NCBI GenBank assembly: GCA_904063045.1
Contig: CAJFCJ010000025.1
Location: 62,001 to 126,000, forward strand
Source of the DNA: Dimorphilus gyrociliatus
Taxonomy: Eukaryota; Animalia; Annelida
Length of the DNA: 64,000 nt
Direction of reading: 5' to 3'
Made by a program: the position numbers and the translations under genes. Below, one piece after another: positions 12,222 to 26,300 of the stretch. Under the pieces are notes generated by a model, which searched no databases, was not told the DNA's origin, and worked only from the letters and a program-made list of their open reading frames with translations. Positions within the stretch are counted from its first letter, which is position 1; the number at the start of each line of letters is the position of its first letter.

Positions 12222-14937
12222 GATGGAGAAGAGAAAGAAGATGAGAAGAGGCATTTCAACATATAAAAGATTTGTTAATTATAATTGTATATTTATATAA
12301 ATTGTTAATATTTATTACTAAAAAATTCAAGTACATCAATTTCATTATTATAATGAATATAACACTTACAAAATGTATATATTTTATGACAAACTATAAA
12401 AAATAACTATAACAAAAGATCAGAAAGAATAGGACTGGTTTTTACTGATAAGCCTATCAAACGTTCCGACATTCGTTCATTATCGATCCTTATTTAAGAG
12501 TGTAATGATTAGGAGTAAGTAAATAAATAATAAGTAATTTTAACATAAGCTAGAAACAATAGAGAAAAAAGATATAAAGAAAAAAACATGGTATACATAG
12601 AAGAAAAGAAAATAAAGAATAAAAAGAAAATTTAAGGAATAGAGAAAAATGGAAGAGTGGAAGATAGAGATAGATATAGATAGATGGGTAGACAGATAGT
12701 TTAACACGAGTAAAGAAAATGCTAAAATATTTCATTTTGTTGTCTAAAATATTCTTTTTCTTTTTTTTTTTTCTATATACAAGAAAGCAATTTGATAATT
12801 TAATCTTTCTGATAGACAGAAAATTCCCATATGAAGCGTGCTTTAATAGTTAATAAACGATATCAAAGGCATTCCCATCAATTAGAAATTTATTAATTTT
12901 AACTGCTAAAATGGGACTATCATATCATTAAAAGCATCTCCAATTTTCCCTTTTAGTAACATTCTAACTATACTTATATATACTGTATATCTTTTATAAT
13001 GAATCGGCGTCGAATAACACTATTAACAAGATAAATATAGGCGTTTAAGTGAATTTTTTAACAAGTTCAAATATAGTTAATTTATTACAAATATTGGAAA
13101 AGTATATTTAAATTTGCTGTATAGTTGAATAAAGAAGTTGGAAGAATTTTAACAAAATGAGAGGAAGTTGTTATAAAAGAAAGAGAAAGATAATACTAAA
13201 TGATTGTCTTTCCAAAAAAAGAAAACTCTAGTTAGTTAAAAAGCTTTAAATCGTGAAATAAATGCTCAGAGAAAAATTGACAAAAAAGGGATTAGTCGTC
13301 TTTTTCTTCCTCTTTTTTCTTTCCTTCTTCCATCTCTCTCTCTCTCTCTCTCTCTCACTTTATATATATATATATATATATATTCCATTCATTCTTCCTC
13401 TTCTTTCTCGCACCCCTCCCCCTCCATTCCCTTTCTCCCTCTCTCTTTTTGCCTATTTTTTTTAGAAATCGATAAATTTTAAGTCGTAATTGATCGGTAC
13501 GGGGAAACGTTCTGTCGGGCCAATTGTACAATTATCTAAAGAAATAGGATATAACGTTATTTAGTCGTACAAGTCATTAGAAAAAACCCTAAATGAAATT
13601 AGAATTAATAAGGGAGTCCGTTTTTAGCTTTATTGACCTCGATTTGTTCTTTTTTTAAGCTAATTAATAGCATGAGGGTTTAGTATTTATTTTTTTCTCC
13701 TACTATTTCTTTCAACATTATTTATGAACAGTATCTTACCTACGTATAATAAACGCCGAATTAAAGATTTAGACGCTTTTTTCTTCCAAATTACCTTACC
13801 ATCTAATCAATTTTGACTGAATATATGAATAATATAAAAAATCAGACACGCAATAGAAAACCACAAAGGCAGAAAAAGCTAGCTGAACCGTTGAATATAT
13901 ATTATATACTAGTGTATATAGATATGTGTATATTACAAGGAGATAATGTTTTATTCGAGTTTTGTTGGCATAGAAACAAACATTTTCCGTTACGATGTCC
14001 GACTTATGGTAATACCGGTAATGAAGGAAACCTTACATAAACATAAAATCCACGCGATACATGCGTTCCCTTCCCCACAAAGACTTACTAATTGTTAATT
14101 AGCCCGGAAGGGTGACGCTAAAATAGTAAATAATAAATCTTTTCCAATTATTCTTCAGGTATAAAATGCGGCTTGAAGCTAGAGATACCAAACACGCCGG
14201 TTCTTGCCTTATAATTATCGAGATTCAAGACGATAACGATAATTCACCGATATGCGATAAAACGTCTAGGGAAATTTCCCTTGCGGAAAATTTTAGAAAA
14301 GGAAAGAGTGTCGTCAATGTCACTGCAACCGATCAGGACTCTGGTCGTAATGCTATGGTTGTCTACAAGTTCGGAGAATTGGCGTCTAAAGCGGTCAAGG
14401 AGACTTTCGCCTTGAATAAATCTACGGGAGAGGTAACATTAAAGAATTCGCTGGATTACGAAAACCTTCAAATCTATCATCTTCCTATAATCGCTAGTGA
14501 TTCAGCACCAGATTCCAGGCAAGTGATCTCGAATACTTTGGTTAATTAATATAATTTCATCTATTAAATGTAAAGGTTAATCTCCTGTGTTTAGCTACAT
14601 CCTTTTAGAACAACGATCAATTAATATCGTATTATCATACAAAGTATCCGTTTTGTTTGCTAGCTAGGTAAAAAGCTTTTACAAAAAATTGAAATGAAAA
14701 AAGACAGAAGAAGAAGAAGTATGGATGATAAACGTTATCAGTTTACTATTTATAGAAGACAAACTAAGTATTAAGAGATTAAACCGAGAGGAAGAAGTTT
14801 ATTACAAAAGAACATGAGGAAACCTGAAAGCTAACATACTCATACGTAAAAGTTTGCAACACGCAAAGTTAAGCTTAAGAAGCCTATCATAAAGCTGAAT
14901 GACGGTTTAAGGGAAGAGAGAATATTATATATACTGT

Positions 14938-15002
<65 letters not shown>

Positions 15003-15244
15003 TATATATATATTACTGCATTTTAAAGAGTTTATCGATTACTTTTTAAGTATTTCTTTTAATTGAAATTATTCCTCAAAGGATTTGATAATCATTCGTT
15101 AAATATTTATATAAAGAAAGAAAGAAAAAGCCATTAAGTTTTCAAAATATCTTTTCAAAAGTCAACATTTAGTTTTTATTCGTTTTTTATAAAAGAAATT
15201 TTTAGTATGTAGGAGTTTAGGTAAAAGAATTAAATCCTCTTTTC

Positions 15245-15276
<32 letters not shown>

Positions 15277-18200
15277 TTCTCAGTCTCTTAGAAGTTTTTA
15301 AGTATATATATAAAAATGCTGTAAAAATGATATCTTTAATGAATTTTTCATTAGAATTGTGCGCAATTTTTTATTTCTTCATCTTGTTTTTTACAGGTCT
15401 ACGACTTGTCTAGTTATTATTAAAGTTATCGACCTTAATGACCACAATCCTTCAATTAACGTACAAACTATGAATGGCAGACCGGAGGCGGAAGTTGAAG
15501 AGGATTCCGGTCCAAAAACTTTTGTCGCCTATGTTACAGTCTCTGATCCAGATTATAATTCTAAACAGAAAATAAAATGTTCCTTAAATCCCAATGGCTA
15601 TGAAGCATGGTTTGATTTACGTCATATAAATGGAAATCGTTATCAATTAGTAACCAATAAATATCTGGATAGAGAACAGAGATCAAGGTAAAGAAATTTT
15701 TTCTTTCATTCCAGAAAACAAAAGGAAAAAAGGGGAAATAAACAAATATTAATACAAGATTTATTAAATAAGATAAATAGACTTATTAAAAAGAGGGCAT
15801 AGTTCTAGCTGTAAATAATGGACTAATCTAAAAAAATGAGAGCGTCAGATGTAAGAACTATTAGTTAAATAAATGAAGAACGTAAATTGATCAATAAAAG
15901 TCCAATATTTGGTACGAATATTAATTAGACATTAACCAACTCAGCCGAGTTGAATAACTCATTTTTAAATATCAAATCCATAACTAAATATCACTTTTAC
16001 TATGCATAGATAGACTAGAAACGTATGAAATATGCAATGCATAGCACTCATTGTATGCCCATATTTTGTTATTACTACATAAGAAGATAGAGTGTAAACG
16101 GACAGAGAGAGAAAAAAAGGGGGAGGAGTGAGAGCGAAAAGCACGAGAGTGAGAACGGGAGAAAGAGTGGAGATTAAGAATAGAAAAGAAGATAAATGTT
16201 GAAAAAAATATTAGCCCTACTAGGAAACCTTATAGACTTGAGTAGTTTAGTTAGAAAGTTAAGTAAGATAAGGTTAGTTTATAAAGACGATAAGATACTC
16301 TTAGCATAGCTCCATTAGAACAAAAAGAGAAAAAGAAGTTTTTGAAAAGAGTTGATGAGAGGCAAAAAACAAAAAAATTATAATCAACGTTTCATTCCTT
16401 ATCTTTCTGTCTTTCCTTTCTCTTTCTTCACATTCTTTGTTTTTCCATCTCCCTTATTCCCAGTCTGTCTCTTTGCCGACTTTTTTCTGTGTAGGATATA
16501 AGCCGGGATATTTGGGAGGTTTATCGCAGTACCTAATCCCTTCAATTTTCTCTAATCTACACCGACATTGTATAACACCAAGTTTATTACGTTATAAAGC
16601 TGGTAGAGAAGGGATTGTAAAAAATTTTATTTATTTAAATGACGTTTTACGATTTAACACTCTCCTATTCAGGTACGATGTTGAAATAAGATGCGTTGAT
16701 TCGGGCTCTCCTGCAAGACAATCCAAACAACTTTTGATTGTAAGGATCAAAGATAAGAATGATAATTCTCCCTCATTCGTAGAAAATGTAATAACAAAAA
16801 CTGTAGAAGAAAACAATCGACCAGGAACGCTTCTTTGTCAATTAAGTGCTACCGATAGTGATAGAGGAGATAATGGTCGTGTCCGATACGCTATCATAAG
16901 AACCAAGCCTGATTTATTTAGGAGCTATTTTCGTATCAATTCTACAAACGGAACTTTAACGATCGTTAAGAGATTAGACAGGGAAAGAGGCGAAAAAATC
17001 GAATTGGATATCGAAGCCAGGGATAGGGGTGAACCATCTAATTTCGCAATGGCTATTGTCAAGGTACACGTTATGGACATGAACGATAATGCACCAGAAT
17101 TCTCAAAGAAATTGTACAATTTCACGGTGTTAGAGAATACGGTAAGATAAATTTTATCTATATCTTTTTTGTTTAAGGAATTCTATCCACTTTTCATTCT
17201 CCAGACTTCCAGCTCCTTCATAGGAACAATCGAGATTCGAGATAGGGATAGCAAACCAAATGCCAGATACCTGGTTAATTTTACCAATCCGGAGGACCTT
17301 TTTCGGTTTGATAAGAGGAATGGAAGGTTATCAACCAAATATCTATTGGATAGGGAACGCCGTTCTTCTTATCAATTTCGTATGATAGCTGTTGATAGGG
17401 GAAAAAGTTCTCTAAGGTCAGAGACAGTAATAAGAATAAACGTTAAAGATAGAAATGATAACAGTCCAAAATTTGTGTTTCCATCTACTGAGAATAATTC
17501 TTTGATGATATCAAGCCTCACGCCATCCGATGTTGAGGTTGGTCGATTACTAGCCAAAGATCCCGACCTGAATCCAAAGCTCAAGTACGACTTAATAGAC
17601 GGTGACTATTTCCGTCTTACACCAGACGGTGCACTTTTAGTTAGTGGAAATCTAGGGGAATTATTTGGAAATGAAAGACTGCAGCTTCAAGTTAGGGTTC
17701 AAGATGAAGGAAACAATAAAGATATTCAAATATTATATATCCAACTGAACGATTCTCTACCTTACCATGGGAGTAAAACGTTTTTATTCGATGGAAGTTT
17801 ATTCATAGTACTCATCGTCTCAGCTTCCGCAGTTTTATTACTTTTATTATTAGTTGTTTTGGCTCTTGGTCTTCGAGCCGCAAAAAAATCGAAAGCCGAT
17901 AGATATAATTGTAGATTGCAATCATTGAAAGTATGGGCTCAAAATGAAGAGAAAGACGAGGAAACAGATGATGAGGAGGAGAGAGATGTTTTAGAAAAAA
18001 ACTGTGAACACATTTCCAACAGTACAGACCAGGTACGTAAATTATAGCTATGAGAATATACTAATATATAATACATACATATATATAGATATAGCTACTG
18101 TATATCCCGTATAATTCCATATAAAGTATTATCTAAAAACTCAAAGTAATAAATGGTATCGAATACTTTCATTTTTTCCTTTGAACCGGAAGCTCGTAAA

Positions 18201-19328
18201 GGGAATGTATCCCCGTAGGGTTCCAACTTGATGCGACAGCTCAACGAATTCGCGACATATCATTTGTACCCCTATTATTTCCGCGTTTTTCTCTTTTCTT
18301 TTTATTATTTATTTGCCTTTCCTTATTTTAAATCTAGAGGAATTCAATAGCTATTCTACTTATACACTATACAATATATATGAAAGTAGTTTTTATCGAA
18401 AGTAATAAGCTATAGTGAAGAAGAAAAAACAGGGGATCTTTTTTTATATATAGCAGTATGCTCCGCCTAATTAAAAGTGCTATGAATTAATTTTCTATAT
18501 TGTTGGAGAGATGGATGCTTCACATATATTAATACATCTTTACATACATTCTCTACAAGCTTATCTTCTGTATAGAATATTTCTTGTTTTGTTATCTCTG
18601 ATTTTATATTCTATATTTAATATCTACAATTAAGTAAAAGTATTAAAATGGAATAAGGAAAGAATGATGGAGAGAAAAGATGAAGGAAAGCGAGGCGGGG
18701 AATTTTCGTAATTAACAACAAGGATCAGGTGCAGTAATCAAACGCAAAAAAAAATCGAATGCGTTTACATGTACACTTAGTAACGCCCCAATGCACAGGC
18801 TGCAATACCGCAATTAAGTAAACGGAGTAGGGCAATAGGACTAACAAATTTGGGAAAAAGGGTTAGAAGGGTAGTCGCATCTGCGTACAATTACCAAAAG
18901 AAAAGTAACGGTCCCACCACAAACTCTAAAGAGAGAAATAGAAAGAAAGAGACGGGACTGAGCGAGAGAGAGAGAGAGAGAGAGAGAAACTGCGCTCTAC
19001 TACGCCTTTTGTTGACGATCACGATTAGTGACTTTTTGTCGGTCACTACTGTCTAAGCTAGCGCGTTACAAATGATTAAGTACGTAATCCAATATATTCA
19101 TTCATTAGTTTGTGTTTTAAAAAGAAAGTAATAAAATCCTGTAATGTACCAAGACAGATTAGACAATACAAAGTACAAATTACATATTTAGAGAGTGTTT
19201 CCTTTATTGTTAAATTGAAAATTCTATAACATGAGTTCAATTTTTTTTCACAGGACTGGAAGGTACCACCCCCACCCCCGCCTCCCAGACTTGTCCGCCC
19301 ACTTCTGAAGTCAAACGTGAGAATTTAG
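11070..19328 (+). CDS. Non-clustered (delta-like) protocadherin, 7 cadherin repeats, 874 aa
   Basis: Exons 11070-11671, 14159-14518 (GC donor), 15397-15687, 16673-17141, 17205-18032 and 19254-19328 join in frame (2625 nt). Signal peptide, seven EC repeats with DxNDNxP/LDRE/DxD motifs, TM (LFIVLIVSASAVLLLLLLVVLALGL), YNCR motif, acidic stretch and terminal DWKVPPPPPPPRLVRPLLKSNVRI. The last exon is less certain. Confidence 0.92.
12170..12218. repeat. (GAGAGT)n/(GA)n microsatellite in protocadherin intron 1
   Basis: Seen directly. Confidence 0.9.
14942..14999. repeat. (AT)n microsatellite in protocadherin intron 2
   Basis: Seen directly. Confidence 0.95.
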
Positions 19329-22300
19329 CAAAAAATTAAACGATAAAAGTAACGGCGGACCTATTAAGTTAGAGTCTAATATATATATATATATATATTT
19401 GTACAGTTTTATAAACTATATATCTATCTATCTATCTTGTTGAAGAGATTAAAATTCACTTGCTCTTCCTTTGTTTCTATAATTTTCTTTTTTCAATTAT
19501 TACATACGTTTAAAAAGAATTTTTACAAATTATTACGATATATCAATTTTATTGTTAAAATAAATCTCTAAAAGAAAAACTATCTTTGTTCTAATCCTCC
19601 TTTTTTCTTATTCCATCTCCTCAATTTTCATCTTCTTTTTTTACCCTCTCTCAATCTTTTTATATTCGTCTTTTTCCCTTCCCCACTCTCAAACGCTTCC
19701 CCTCCCCTTATTTTGTATTCCATATTCCCTCCATCCTCTTATCTTCCCTTTCTTCGTATCCGTATGTTGAAGTAAAATTGAAGAAACTTTCTTACGTAGT
19801 ATGATACTTTGTCATTTTTCCCCTTTCACATTCTCTCCCTCTCTCTCTTTCTCTCTCTCTCCCTCTCTTCTCTATACGACTACGTTTATCAATATTTCCT
19901 AAGGGAAGTTTAAGTAATTTTACTTTTATATTTGTCTATTGATTGAGAATATGAAAATCCATCCTAATACCTGAAATAAATGCATCTCGTATATAGACGA
20001 AAGCAATAGTGAAGAAGAGAAACGACACTAGCTATTAATTAGCTATTAAGAAGAGTACAGCTTGTCTCTTCTAAATTCATGATTCCCATGCACATTTATC
20101 AGGGATCAATGGCTTTAGCTTTAGCTTGTTGAATATTAATGAAGTTGGATTGTAGAACGAATAGGAGAAGCCTGGTTGATTGAATGAGAACAAATGATTA
20201 TCTATTACACTTGAGATCTAGGAATTGGGAAAACTTTGTCTATTTTAAAAACTCTTTCATTAATATATTAATGGCCAAAATACTCTATTAAAATCACCGA
20301 AAGGCGGAAACAATAGAGGTGGAAAATTATCACAGTTATTTAACGTTAAGAGTTAATAGAAAGATGGAGAACAAGCTAATGATTCTTACCCAAATTTGTC
20401 GATCGATACATAATAAGAAGTATCAGAGAGAGAGAGAGAGAGAGAGAGGGTGCAAGAAAATAGGTTAGAGAATTTAATAGAGGACTGTTTCGTGATATTT
20501 TGCCACAGAAAACGACTCTCGTAATATCTTAACAAGTACAACTCTTATTCCAGCTTGTCTATCTGGTTAAAAGCGAAAATTGAGATGAATTAGACCGTTT
20601 CCGCCGTTTATTTTTTACGTTTTTTTTTTCTTCCACTGTTTTTGTTTTATCATTCATTTTAGTAAAAAGAATAAAAGACGAAATAGTCAGTTTTTTTTCA
20701 CTATTTATTGCTTTCAGATGTCTGTTGACTGTTGAAAAGAAAAGAGAAGAGAAGAGGGGAGATGAGACTCAGGACTAGCAGAGTTTACTATACGCATCGC
20801 CTCCGCCGACCGATAATACCAAGTTAATCTTTCTTCAGAAGCATCGTTAATTGGCTGAAGGCGGTTCGATATAGGCCTATCTACTAATGTATTAAAAAAG
20901 ATACCTATACATTCCCAGTCTTTTCTGCTTGCATATCTTGTTTTTCATTTTTACTGGTTTTCTTTTTTATTAAAAACAAATAAAAACAAGGAAAAAAGCA
21001 AAAAAAAAATGAAATTTCTTCTTTTAAAAAGCAATATTTTTTTATCTTTTGGAATCCTTTAGAAAAATTGACCTATTCACCCGAATCCACTTTTCCTATC
21101 AACACTGATAATCCGTAAAGATAATCCTTGTCCCGAAGCGAACCTTCTTTTACCGAGTGCAATATGGACGTTGTCTTATAGCCTTCTATTTGCTCACGAA
21201 GCATACGTTGAACGGTAAATGGATTGGAGGGGATGCCAATTGATCCTATGGAGAGGGTGGAACGGGTGTCTTTTTTATTTTGTTAGCCCTATAACAGTCA
21301 ATATTGTAAGAGAGACGATCACCCCCTACGGTCTCTTTCTTGGGGCCCTTTCAATCTCTTTTATAGAACAAAGGAAACGATTACAACTTCCCTACCCTTT
21401 TCCTTATTTTCCGGCCGGGGGTAATTCTCCTCCATAGTTTCAATCCCATACTCGGTCTCTCTCCCTTTATTTATTTCTTTCTTTCTGATATACTTAGTAG
21501 CTTTTTTCTTTTTCTGTATTTCAATAATGTAAAGTGCGCGTCGCGAGTAGAGACATTACTCCCAAGAGATTTCTTGATTAAGCGCAGATACCGAGCTTTT
21601 TTCGTTCCATTTCCCAAACTTTCCATTCTCTTTATACTAACATTCGTAAATCGTTTTACTTTTCTCCCAGTTTATAAGCTTAAACGGAGAAAGGAGAAAC
21701 ACTATTCTATAACATCTCCTATCCTTTTTAATAAGAATACGAAAAATGATTAATATTGACGCCTATTTTAATCTAACCGTTTCGACCCTGTCTACACTTC
21801 CCTTCGCCAAATGAAACGAAACTTTCTCAGCCAACGAGGGAAATAGCGATTTCATTAAGTGCATCACGTGATCCAACGTAATTAAACGCGCGTAATTAGG
21901 TAGCGCAATTTTCTATATTTGATATGAGAAAAAGGAACAATCGCACGCTACCAAGACGTCACTTAATTTGCATATATTATATATGCAGATATTAAACCTA
22001 TCTTTGCTAATCAAAAATATTTTTCCCTGTAAGCGCTCCTTCTCATTTTCCTTTCCCCATAAGACCATAAAAAACCATCCAATACACAATATATTAAAAT
22101 AAACATAAGTTTATTTTAATATACCTAAGTGACAAGAAAAGAGCATCTCTTTAAAGAATGAAATATAATATATATAGAAAAAAAAAAGAAACAAATGTAA
22201 ACATTATCTTTTGAGTCGTACAACAAATACTCTTTACACTTTCGCCACGCACATGCATACAAAACTGAAGCAAATAACAAGGTTATCTACAGTCGTTTAA

Positions 22301-23347
22301 GAAAAAAGATGCAAGAGTTTTTCTAATCTTACTTCTTCCGATCTTCCTTCATCGAATACAAGAAGAAAACAACTATAATCTATAAAAGTTACATACCGGA
22401 TATAGAGCTTAGAAGAGGGAGAAATAAGAGGAATAATATGAAAAATAAATTGTTAAGATTAAGAGTTACACTCTATAAAAAGTGACTAATATTCAATTTA
22501 ACAAATCGAGGCATAGGATAGAGAGAGAAGCGAAAAGATAATTTGTTGTATATAATAATACTCGAGTTACAACTTTGCATCTTTTAACACAAGCCATACG
22601 CTTTCATCAGTTAGTGACTTGATATATAAAAGAATGGAAAAGATAGAAACCTGGTGAAACTGCGAAAACGAATTCTGACCAAACTGTTTAATAAAATATA
22701 GTCTAATGAAATTAAAAGGGTTAATATTCCCACTGATTCGTCCTTATTCCCAACTCCCTTTTTATTCTTATATCTTTTTTCGTTTAAAACTTTTATTCAG
22801 GTATTCGTGACGAGTATTCTCTTGCTAACTTCAATTTTTACATGGAGCCAAAGAACGGAATTGTCAGTATGCATTACCTAGATCATAAAGCAAGAAAGAG
22901 AATTTGAAAGCAAAGAATGAGTACCGTTGAGATTGTGAATGAGTAGAGTAAGAGGAATAGATAAACATCAGAGTGAGAGATAGAGAGAGAAAAGGAAACA
23001 GAAAAAAAATAAAGAGAGAGAGAGAGGACAAGGTAAGAACTGTATAAATACAATTTTTACTCTAGTAAATTTATAAGCTCACTTTCGATCATATTCTTTA
23101 ATCAGTTGACATGCAAAAAGGTGCTAAGGTTTGTTTTAAACAAACGTTACAAACAAACAAAATGCAAGATTTGTCTAGACAACACTGAAACAATTTTTTT
23201 TTATATTTCAAATAAGTACGAGCATAATTATATCAATACAAATAATTTTTCTATAGTTTTACGGAGAGGAACAAAAAACAAAGCTGACGTGAATATCATA
23301 TAATTCAATACTCCAGGGAATAATCTCCGATTATAAAACTCCTAAAT

Positions 23348-26300
23348 CTAGAAGATGTATGGTAACATCTTATATGGAACGGCTTTCTTGTATTTAGCCC
23401 AGGCGTCTCCATATTTTTTCATACATTTAGCATCATCTCTGAAGGTACGATGGGTCAATAGCAGGATCAACCAAAGGAAATAGACATAGGGCATTATGTG
23501 GCGACTACCTCCGGGCAAAGACCAAGCCAAAGCCAACATTAACTCGGGAACATAATGAAAATGTCTCGCTATTCCCCACCATCCACTAACCAAAAGCAAG
23601 TTTTCTCTAGTTTCTCCTGATTCAAGTTTATAGGACGCTCTAATTACCTGAGCTTTGGAACCCCAAACTTGACAATCGCCATTCTCCTTTCTAACATGTT
23701 GCTTCTGCCTATCGGCGTCGTAGTTGAGGGCAATTGCGGCTAAACCAACAGCGAGTATTAATAGGCCTTTAGCTAGTTCCATTTGGGGAGCGTTCTTTGC
23801 CAAATATAAACTAGGAATAGTATAAAATCCGGGTACCCAAACAAGACAACCCCAGCAAATATAGAAGCCGGCTCTATCAAGCATAATATCAATGGTCCTC
23901 ATGTATCCAGCTTCCCACCAAAAGAACTTTGTCAAGTATGCCAAATGGATAATTGCCGATACAGTCGAAGAGAGAACAAATTGGCCTTGTACTTCGTATG
24001 ATTTAATTGTACACAGCATAACCGCGAGGGCCCAGACGTTCATGCCGAATCTGCAGTTGGTGAACACTTTTACATCAACACCTTTGATTCTAGGATATAA
24101 CTCAGTTCCCCAAAAAAAATCAAGCATAAAAGAACTTGTTCGACCGTGTTCAATGGACGACGGCGCTAATATGCCTTTAAAGAATAAAAGCGCGCAGAAT
24201 GAATACGCAAAGAAGTTCAAAACACACAAAACTTCTCCCCATCTATCATAAACAATCGATGGGGTCATATCAAATTTCTTTAGGACAAGCGTCAAAGCCA
24301 AAAGACTAAGCAAGGTGATGAAGTAACACCTCAAACCATTGTCCTTATAGACCGGCACGTGTCCTTTGGGGCTAACGGGCCCTTCAAATCTTTTTCCAGG
24401 TACGATAATATGTAGTATCAAAGCGAAAAACAAGTATCCAAAGACAACAGCTACACTTAATAGACTTGGAAATGGAAAGAAGGTACGAATAGCATCCCCA
24501 AATCCTTCAACTCTTGTCAGTTGTCTAAAAGCCTCAAGAAAACTTCCATCAGCTTTAGCAGCAGTGTACCTAATAAAACATTTAAATTATTTAATTATTT
24601 CTTTTCTTAATTATTAATAGATAAAGGAGGTTTACAAAGTAAAGAATGAAAGATAGTTAGGGTTTGAAGTGCTTTGCTTTCCTTTTTCGCGAAAGTTTTA
24701 ACTTGGAACAAATGTCTAATTTCTAGGTCGAGGAAAAAAAATAACATTCATTCGCCCCTCCTCCCCCAAAAGATACTTTTCCCTATTGATATAGAAAAAA
24801 AGAGGATAGGAAAGTGAAGAGGAATCAGAAAAAGATATTAAGCATCTTATTCTAAACGTAATTGCACCAATCAAGATAATTCTTTATCATTTATCTTTTT
24901 ATATCCTTAATTTTTTTTACTACTGTTTATACAAGAAAAAGCAACTTATCTTACTTTCAAACATTTCAGATGATAATAAGAAGAGAAGGAGAGTAAGAGA
25001 GGAGGATAGGATAAAGAAATTGCCTTATTCCCTATCTTTCTCCTTCTAATATACGTAAACTAACTAAACATATCTACAGACGGAATCTCGAGAATTTTAT
25101 AAGCTACGCATCGAAATATTTTATAAATTATTTTATTATTCCTATCCCAATCACGTGACTCTGCGCAATCTTTTTTGAATATTCCTTCCACCTAAAGTTA
25201 AGCTCAAAAAAGTAGAGCAATAAATATTTTACTAATAGAGTAGTTAATCTAAAAGCAGTTACTAGATAATTAAGATGAGTTTAATTAAATTATTAAGTAA
25301 TATAGATTGACATTTGACATGTCCATTTTTTATGAAAATAATAAGGTCTGGAAAAGAACGATTGACACTTTTTAAACCTATATGTTAAAATTTTAACAAT
25401 GTAGTTATAAATATTTAATAAGATAATAAAAGTCTACAGTCTTTCATTCAAAATCCTCTTTAATATATAGTTTAGTCAAGTTCGTTCATTTTCAATCGGG
25501 TTATAAGAAATAATACGAAACTAATCATATCGGTTTAATAAAGATCCAAATTCTAATATAAACCTATAAACAAAAAGAAAAGGCAGGGAAAATTGTAAAA
25601 CAATTAGTCGTGCATTTGAATAATTTAGTTAGATCATGATAGTATCGGTCAGGTTTCCCTTTACTAAATAACAGTATGAGAATAAAAGAATGAGTAGTAT
25701 TATAGAGAGGCACGAGGGGAGAAGGTTAAAGCAGCCTTTTGAACAATTAACCCGTTTATCGTGTCAAGTAGCAGCTGTGCATGACATTAAATTAGACTAA
25801 TGCTTGGATGCTTTTCTATTTTTTATTTGTTCAATGCATTCAGGGACTTATCGAAATCGATTAGTTTTTATAAATTGCGTAATAGACAACTGCCTTTGTA
25901 ACTAAGAAGTAAAATATTTATAATCTATATGATATTCTCTACTTTACTAGTTTTAATCTAAAGAAGGAAGTTTAGCAATAATTATTCAAGTATAGACTTT
26001 ACGATTTAGTCGCTAATAGAGTAATTACTTTGACTTAATTTTGTAATGAATAACTAGTTTACTACGATTTTACTTACTTTCCCCTCTTTTTGCTGATTAC
26101 GTTCTATCATAATTTTGAAAGAACAACACAGTTTTGGTAGTTTCTCAACTCAGTGAACCTTGTACTTGTTGATGATACAAATGTACTTAAGAACTTTCCC
26201 ATTGAACAATACATTATCACACTTGAATGAAATGCTATTGTTCATAATCTTTTGTTACATAGCTAATGAGTCGAACTAGACTAGACTAACCAGGCCGGAT

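Noticed and set aside
16437-16672. N-terminal part of ORF 16437-17150 (likewise the extensions of ORFs 46024-46863 and 48216-48893)
   Set aside because: In-frame intron read-through; clear GT-AG sites define the real exons.
18215-18245. CCCGTAGGGTTCCAACTTG, resembling miR-100
   Set aside because: The seed and middle differ, and I found no complementary arm to form a pre-miRNA hairpin.
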